DNA from: Eledone cirrhosa
Lineage: Eukaryota
DNA length: 64,000 nucleotides
Assembly (NCBI GenBank): GCA_964016885.1
Contig: OZ024742.1
Span: 218,922,001-218,986,000, forward strand
Direction of reading: 5' to 3'
The notes beneath the pieces are model-generated. The model was not told the origin of the DNA. It searched no databases and was given only the letters and a program-made list of their open reading frames with translations. Made by a program: the position numbers and the translations under genes. Positions 55,866-64,000 of this stretch are shown one piece after another (the first letter of the stretch is position 1; the number at the start of each line of letters is the position of its first letter).

Positions 55866-56949
55866 GGATTACAAAGGAAAATATATACTGTTAGAACATG
55901 TTTATACAAAAGCACCTACGTACGTTTCGCCCGAAAAGGGGCTTCTCGAGGGCTTACAAGACTAAAGAGTGTTCGGTACAGAGCCCAGAAGGGGTTTTAA
56001 GGTGACAGTCACATCGACCTATCTCTGTTATCGACCTATCTAATGGTATATCTGACTCTATGCACGTATGCATGTCTGTATGAGTACATCCCTGTTTACA
56101 TGAATGCATATATAACACCGTATTTGTCAGACCACAATTTCCCATCTACCCTCTATATATGCGTGTATGTGTATGTGTGTGTGCGTGTGTGTGTACGTAT
56201 GTTTGTATGTATGCATGTATGTACGTACGTATGTGTGTATATATATGTGCGCAAGTATGTATGTATGTATATATGTATGTACGCACTTATGTGTGTATAT
56301 ACGTACGTATGTAAGTATGTATGTATGCATGTACGTACGTACGTACATATGTATGTATGTACGTATGCAAACATATATATATATATATATGTACGTACGC
56401 ATCTATCTAGCGAGCTATCTGCCTATCTCTCTACTTAAATATCCATGTATTTATGAATTTATCTATTTACCTCTCTGTCTATAGAGTATGTCTACTTCGT
56501 ATAACAATATGTAAGTTTGTCTGTCAGTGTAATACCAATAAACAACACCAATACAACATATTACTTTAATATAACACAATACAACATATATCTACAAATA
56601 GCTATTAAATAACAAAGCACCACATTGAAATACAAACATGTACACAACAGACCACACATATATTTACTATTCTACAACCGACACACGTGCTAATCAGTAA
56701 TCTGTAAGAAAATTAATAATGTCTGAATATTGTAACAATGCGCCTCTATAAATACATATGCTCTCCTCCCCCATACACACGCAATTATGCATACATACAT
56801 ACATACATACATACATACATACATACATACATACATACATACATACATACATACATACATACATACGTGCATACATACGTACATACATACATACTTACAT
56901 ACATACGTACATACATACATACTTACATACATACTAACATACATACATA

Positions 56950-57523
56950 CATGGTGGCTGCCAACTCGTTTTCGAGTACGGCCACTACTTTATATCCATG
57001 TAGGAGAACCCCTACCGATGCGCTGAACGAGTGTGACTTTTTAGTCCAGCCAGCGACTTGAAAATTCTGGTACAAACACTACACTTGTGACAATTATTGA
57101 CACATAGTGCTGGGCCCATGGTACCATGTGACGACAAGTGCAGAGAGATCTCCAGATATAAAGCAATGCCTGTGCCATGAAGCTTTTATAGTGAGCAAAG
57201 GCACTGCACAAAGCCAGTCCCACTCTCTTAACCAAGATGATATTTACCAAAAAGAAGAACAAGTCAACATCATTGGATACCATCAGAGTTGCAGGTGTTA
57301 TATCAGAGTTTTCCTTCTCCTAGAATTCTGCCTTGACAAAGGCTAAGGGGTCATCTCTCCCGGTGATTTTGGATGGCCATTGACTCTTAAGAGCTCCTTT
57401 GCTCTTTGACAGGTTTTGTTTTTAGTCCTGCAGGATGTCCAAAGTCACCCTCCTCACCAAGAAACCTTGGTATGAGACAGGTTGTTACTGGGATACATGT
57501 TACCAGTAGCACCAACTGGTGAC
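56950..57523 (-). mobile_element. RTE-related non-autonomous element with a deletion near its 5' end
   Basis: Reverse complement of 44938-45547. Confidence 0.82.
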
Positions 57524-57845
57524 ATACATACATACATACATGATGATGGCTGCACCCTCGTTATCGAGTATGGCCATTGCACGAGAAAAAAAATAATAAT
57601 AAATAAATAAAAGAAAAAAAATATATATATATATACACACACATAATACATACATACATATATATATATATACACACACATACATATACACACACATATA
57701 TTAATAACAATAATAATAATAATAATAACAACAATAATAATAACGACAACAACAACAATAATACTATACATATACATATATATTTACACACACACGCACG
57801 CACATAAACATATCTATATACACACACACACACACACGATAGCAA

Positions 57846-58525
57846 CTAACAGCGTTGCGATCGAATGTGGCTTTTTAGCCCAGCCAATGATCTAAAATGT
57901 CTTGCACAGAGTCGGCAACCAAAACATTCACTGGGAATAGTCGGCTGTGGTTGGAGTTCATGTACTTTTGCATGTCGCTTGAGCCCTCCTGCTGATTTAC
58001 ATTCTCTACCACATGCTTGGCAAGCATGATGAGTAGCATCTCCAACAGCAGCCTGGTCGTCAACCACTGGTCTTACTTTATGACTGCGACGATGACTTTC
58101 GAGTCCAGCTTTGCTTAGGTAGAGTCTCGCACAGACGCTGCATGTCAGCGCCATAGGAGGACCCTCGCTGTCTGAAAGTACAACAGCAATGCCCTTCCTC
58201 ACATCCCGCTTTACTTTCTCGTATGCGATTCGAGATGCCTCAAAGGCAACTTTTCCCTCATATAACAGTCTTTCTCCATTTATTACGATCAGCAGCAATA
58301 TTTTCCCATGTATCAGCAGAGATGTTAGCGTCTTTCAAAGAGGCTTTCAAGGAATCCTTATACCTCTTTTTTGGTTTATGTGGCGGTCGTTTTCCTTTAA
58401 CTAACTCTCCATAAAAGAGTTGTTTTGGTATTCTAGAATCCTTCATCCTGGCAAGGTGACCACTCCAACGGAGTCGTTGCTTAAGCACAAGAGCTTCTAT
58501 ACTGTCACACATAGAGCTTTCCAAA
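57846..58525 (-). pseudogene. RTE LINE 3' coding end with three C2H2 zinc fingers
   Basis: RLRWSGHLARMKDSRIPKQLFYGEL...KRYKDSLK; CSVC..H...H, CQAC..H...H, CRLC..H; RTE-like tail at 57540-57578. Confidence 0.85.
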
Positions 58526-58552
58526 ATACATACATACATACATACATACATA

Positions 58553-59151
58553 CATGGTGGCTGCCAACTCGTTTTCGAGTACGGCCACTACTTTATATCC
58601 ATGTAGAAGAACTCCTACCGATGCACTGAACGAGTGTGACTTTTTAGTCCAGCCAGCGACTTGAAAACTCTGGTACAAACACTACACTTGTGACATAGTG
58701 GTGGGCCCATGGTACCATGTGACGACAAGTGCAGAGAGATCTCCAGATATAAAGCAATGCCTGTGCCGTGAAGCTTTTATAGTGAGCAAAGGCACTGCAC
58801 AAAGCCAGTCCCACTCTCTTAACCAAGATGATATTTACCAAAAAGAAGAACAAGTCAACATCATTGGATACCATCAGAGTTGCAGGTGTTATATCAGAGT
58901 TTTCCTTCTCCTAGAATTCTGCCTTGACAAAGGCTAAGGGGTCATCTCTCCCGGTGATTTTGGATGGCCATTGACTCTTAAGAGCTCCTTTGCCCTTTGA
59001 CAGGTTTTGTTTTTAGTCCTGCAGGATGTTCAAAGTCACCCTCCTCACCAAGAAACCTTGGTGGGGTTGCCAGTTTAGTCGCCAACGACCCGACCATGAG
59101 ACAGGTTGTACTGGGATACATGTTACCAGTAGCACCAACTGGTGACCTGAC
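58553..59151 (-). mobile_element. RTE-related non-autonomous element
   Basis: Reverse complement of 44938-45547. Confidence 0.85.
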
Positions 59152-59300
59152 ATACATACATACATACATACATACATACATACATACATACATAATTATA
59201 CACACACACACATATGGTATAGTCCTATATAGTGTACGTATATATATATTTATATCTATACCTATATTTCTCTATCTCTCTATCTATATGATAATAATAA

Positions 59301-59475
59301 TAATTGTTTCTACTTTTGGCACAAGGCCAGCAATTACCCCAGTGTATTACTGGTACTTTATTTCATCGACCTTGTAAGGATGAAAGGCAAAGCTAACCTC
59401 GGCAGGATTTGAACTCAGAATGTAAAAGGCCATAACTCTATGCTGCAAAGCATAGTGTCTGACGCTAATGATTTC
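59301..59475 (-). mobile_element. Older SINE copy (further fragment at 59625-59705)
   Basis: Reverse complement of the SINE body and tail. Confidence 0.75.
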
Positions 59476-59717
59476 TTTATTGACCTCAAGGGCTTACATA
59501 TAGGGGACAATGCAAAAACCCAGGGGCAGTGGGGGTTTCCCAAAAAAGACAAGGAAAACAATAACAATAAACAAACTAATAATGCCTTCTTTATAATAAA
59601 CAAACTAAAAATGATAATAATAATAATTGTTTTACCTTAGGCACAAGGCCAGAAAATTAAATCGACCCTAGCGTGTTACTGGTACTTTATTTATCGACCT
59701 CGTAATAATAATGATGA

Positions 59718-59948
59718 TAATAACAATAAGGAGTGGGAACGAGGTATCAAAATAGCATCATTATGTTTATTCCTGTGTAATACACGTTTCGCGATCGGTC
59801 AGCTCAAGGTACAATCAGTATCGATCGTGCCCGAATCTGGAATCGATACTGATTGTACCTTGAGCTGATCGATCGCGAAACGTGCATCACACAGGTTTAA
59901 ATATAATAATGCTATTTTGATACCTCGTCCCTACTCCTTGTTATTATT
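59718..59948. repeat. Diverged fold-back related to the 35864 HHR family (GAAA half only)
   Basis: ACGTTTCGCGATCGGTCAGCTCAAGGTACAATCAGTATCGAT / reverse complement; shares CAGCTCAAGG and GCCCGA.TCTG.AATC with 35880-35935. Confidence 0.8.
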
Positions 59949-60332
59949 GGATTGGCAGTATTGGTAGAGAGTCAGACGCCATGCTTTCTAGCATAATTAC
60001 GTCCCTTTACGATCTGAGTTCAAATCCCGCCGAGGTTGACTTTGCCTTTCATCCTTACGGGGTCGATAAAATAAAGTACCAGTAATGCACTGGGTAATTG
60101 CTGGCCTTGTGCCTAAAGTAGAAACAATTATTATTATATATATAGGGCGGTGGATTGGCAGTATCGGTAGAGGGTCGGACGCCATGCTTTCCAGCATAGT
60201 TACGTCCCTTTACGATCTGAGTTCAAATCCCGCCGAGGTTAACTTTGCCTTTCATCCTTACGGGGTCGATAAAATAAAGTACCAGTAATGTACTGGTAAT
60301 TGCTGGCCTTGTGCCTAAAGTAGAAACAATTA
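59947..60332 (+). mobile_element. Two tandem tRNA-derived SINEs (59947-60130, 60144-60332)
   Basis: Two consecutive family copies. Confidence 0.9.
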
Positions 60333-60382
60333 TGGTATATATATATATATATCATAATAATTGTTTCTACGTTTGGCACAAG

Positions 60383-63300
60383 TCGGACCCAGCTGACAGC
60401 TTTCGTTCCTTCGTTTCCTAGAGCACGTGTTTTGCTTCTGTCCACGCAGCCTTCGTGTTTCGCGTCGAAGAACTGGTCCAGTGCCGTTCTTGACGCTAAC
60501 ACTCTAGCCGCGTTGCCACTTCTAAGTGCCTCCTCTACCTTGGCTACTAGTTCTCTTTCTATTTTGTTTTTCTTTTAGGACTTACTCTCTGCTAAACTTT
60601 ATCGATTCTACTCTAATTGCTTTCTTGAGAGGGTACCACCATCTATTGTTGACGATGGCTCCCGTTAACTGTTGCTTGACTAGTCTACTTATCCGTTCAC
60701 TGTAAGCTTTACGTGCCGGCAACGACACGTTCAGCTTCCAGTATCCCGGTTCCTGTCTATGTATTCTATCACGGTTGACTAAGCAGACGACTAATTTGTG
60801 ATCTGAGTAGGCAACCATGTGCATTCGTGGACAGCTTAACATCACCTTGTCCCTTTCTCCAATGAATAACCTATCTAAATACGAGCTAGATGTCCCGCTA
60901 CAGTTTGCCCACGTCCACTGAGGTGCAGTCGGGAAATCCAGTCGATACCTATCGGCCAGTTGGAATTAGCCGATTAAAGTTTTGAGGCTGTTGCACCCCC
61001 CTCTTCTGGGACATGCTCCCACATAGTCCCATCCTGCATCTAGGATACTATTCCAGTCCCCCACTAAAAGTAAGGAGCGAGATGTTCCCCAAAAAGACTC
61101 TAGACGCTTAAAGAAGTCTGGCCGTGATTGCGATTGCCCGGTCACCAGTCTGAAGGCTCCACCTCCAATACTGTTCACGGGTCCAAGTGTACTTGCTGTA
61201 CTGCGACGTCCAGGTTCTTCCGAAACATGACAACCACTCCCCCTCCACCTCCTGGCTGACAGAGAGATGCGTAGATCTCAAAGTCGTCGAAGATGGGGGT
61301 TAGTTGCTGCCTGTTGTGGATCCTGGACTCGGTGATGGCTATCACATCCATACCGTGTGACCTAAGGTCGTTTAAAAGTTGGCCCTGTTTCCAGGGCATC
61401 CCTAGGCCACGCACATTCACGCTTCCAACTCGTAAACTAGCCATGTTGGTGAAGAAAAGTTAGAGAAAAAAGACGAAAAGGTGCACTTACCTTTTCGTTT
61501 CCTGGAGATTAGATTCTTCAACCTCCATTTGGGTGCTGGATGGGGTGTTGGGTGGGGTGGGGAAACATTTTAATAGGACGCAGTTGATGGGTTTCTGGCA
61601 GGGGTTGCCCACGTCCTGTGAAAATTTATTTTTCAGGTCACTATAGGTCTCCATAGAAACCCTTATAAGTTTAAGGTGTGGAGACGATTCTGATTTGACG
61701 AAAGTGTTGCCCTCCGTCTCCACCTTGGGGTTTTAGGAGATTACCTCCATCAAATTCTTCTTGTTTGTGTTGATGTGTGCGTATTGTTGTTTGTGTTTTT
61801 GTTGTGTTGTTTTAGTTTGTTGTTCGTCCGGAAGTTTCTTTTTATGGTGGGTGCTTGTGTTTGGGGTGGTGTTGGTGTTGGTTTTGCTGATAGGGGGATG
61901 TTTGACTGTGGTGTTGTTTGTGTTTTTGTTTGTGTCTGTGGTTGTGTGTTGGTGTTGGTGATTGGAGTTTTGGGGGTTTTGTGGTGTCTCTTTTTTTTTG
62001 TTTTTTAGATTTCCGAGGCTCTCCTTCTTCTTCACTTAAAGAAGGAGAAGCAGCCACATCTGTCGATGAATAATCATCGTCAGGAGTGTGGGGTAGGGGT
62101 ATGTTGTGTGGTGGTGGTGTTTCGGTGTGTATGTTTGTGGTAGTGTTTGATGGAGTGGGATGGGGTGGGGCTGTGTTCTTCAGGGGTGCTGTCTGTGTTC
62201 TTCAGGGGTGCTGTCTGTGTTTTTTCTGTTGTTGTTGGTTGAGTGGCTGTTTGTTTTGGTGTGTTTGCTCGTTTCGTCTGTCGTTGTACTTGTGGTGGTG
62301 GTGGTTGTTTTGGTGTTGGTGTTGGTAATAGTGTTTTTTTAATGATGTTGTGGTGTGTTTGTGAAGGACAGGAGGCCTATAGGTGTGCTGTGCTACCACT
62401 GCGAAAACAATGAAGTTTTCGACCCCCCACCGTAATGTTTATTTTGTTGTCGTCGTCGATGACGACTTTTTCGGGTATTTTGGAGATTCTCTCCGGCCTC
62501 ATTTGAATCAGAATCTCCAAATCAGTACCCGCTCACCTTTGTCTAATAGACTTTCGTATCGAAAGAATCATATCAGTCTCTGGCTCTACGAAGCCAGCCA
62601 AGATCCACCAGATGTTAATGTTTGGTGGTATATTTTTAATTTTTATTTTTTGTGTCCTTTTTTCCATGTACGTAGGGAAAAAGGTGAATGCTTTTGACAC
62701 CATTGGTGTCACAGAATGTTTTGGGGCGAGTGCCTTGCTTTTAAACAGTACGGAAACACTTCCGTACTGTTTTCCTCGTTGGAGAAAGTCAATAGTTCCT
62801 AGAGTCTCCTTGAGGGTAGCTTCTTTATCTGCTTGACTAACAAATATCGACTTTCTCGTTGTGTTGGAGACAGTCCTAAAGGTCACTGTCCTTCGAACTG
62901 CCTCTTCTTTTATTTCGTGGGCTGAGTTGATTCTAAACCCACCCTTGTCTTTGAAAGTTATACATTTTCTCCCTTGCTGGAGCATATCTCTTGCATTGGA
63001 GATGTCAAGATTTATAAAATCTTGTTTTTTGTTCACTGTTTCAGCGAAATACATTTTTTTTTGTGTGTGGTGTTGCTGTTGTTGTTGTTATCGTTGTTAC
63101 CCTCGGTGTTGGAAATCTCAGTTCCTTGACGAGGTGAAACTTTATATGTAGATATATCTGTGGAGTTGTTGATGTTGTCTTTTTCTCACATGTATGTATG
63201 TTAATAGGTTTAATCCCTGTTTTCCTGTGTGTTATTGTTATTTTTCTGTGCTTCGACGGTAGAAATTTTAAAATCTTCAAGTGGTAATATTTTTTTCTCT

Positions 63301-63535
63301 TTGTTGACAGTCGTATCTATGGCGACGTCCATAGTAACAGAAGCAGATATGACGTTAATATCTGCCTCTCTGCCTCTCTTCTCTCTCTCGAAGTTCTCTA
63401 GCGTTCTTTCCGAGCTATTCATGTTTTATAGTTGGCAAAATTTGATATTTTAAAACAATTTTTAAATTAAATTTTCGCCCCTAAAGGGGCGAAAAATGGG
63501 TTTACCACCCAGCTGACAATTCAGCTTGGGGGTTA
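60383..63535 (-). mobile_element. Tx1/L1-like LINE 5' portion: disrupted ORF1 (63422 to ~61487) and ORF2 APE endonuclease (from 61444)
   Basis: VGSVNVRGL, DVIAITES, LLLVGDWNSILD, YLDRLF, SDHKLV, PGYWKLNVSL; ORF1 motif KIKIKNIPPNI; truncated at the SINE cluster. Confidence 0.85.
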
Positions 63536-63637
63536 ATCTACAAAATGATATGTTTTATCAAACAATTAGTTCGTTTTTTTGCATAGAAATTAACAGAAAA
63601 GCTTAAAGGCGATGTTTCACGCGTCAGACAGATAAAG

Positions 63638-63706
<69 letters not shown>

Positions 63707-64000
63707 TGCAATGCGGAAATTCCCTTCATTATCTCTCATCTCTCTGGAGATCTAAACGATTTCGGCATCTTCCGACAGTATCGTTACTTCCATTGGTGCC
63801 TAGCAGCGTTGATACTACCAGGGAATGTCTGAGTTTTATGGTCCACTCTATAGCACGATTGTTCTCGTTATCCATGCAGCTATCACCAGAATCGTGATAC
63901 TTTTATATACCTTTTACTATCATTCAAGCATTGTGATATTCACTCCTTACTGAAGGTTTGCTCTCTGCTCTCGATACTTGTCTTTCATTTAAATGCTTTT

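Noticed and set aside
55914-55953. Functional hammerhead
   Set aside because: Stems, GAAA and CGTACG are present, but the core reads CTCGAGA (G5 and A6 lost). Counted only as a decayed relic, as are 20735-20770, 39287-39328 and 41772-41860.

Overview
AT-rich, microsatellite-laden eukaryotic (animal) DNA, most likely a cephalopod/octopus-type intergenic or intronic region; this is inferred from the SINE family and repeat content and is not proven. No host protein-coding gene is supportable, and almost all ORF-track entries are microsatellite translations. The window is a mosaic of decayed retroelements: four Penelope-like elements (PLEs) with RT and/or GIY-YIG remnants, RTE, CR1-like, R4/Dong-like and Tx1/L1-like LINE pieces, about 12 copies of a tRNA-derived SINE, two non-autonomous Helitron-like elements, and a 200-N gap. 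The main unannotated signal is a dense set of minimal type-I hammerhead ribozyme (HHR) motifs, read by eye. About 23 are near-canonical and about 5 are decayed, and they fall into more than 10 unrelated sequence families. They sit in short non-coding elements embedded in (TA)n tracts that form fold-back palindromes and/or tandem units. Notable cases are two retrozyme-like arrays (421-bp and 533-bp units), inversion junctions falling at the predicted self-cleavage site, two families with a U3-A8 core variant, and families with 70-80-nt stem-II insertions supported by compensatory changes.
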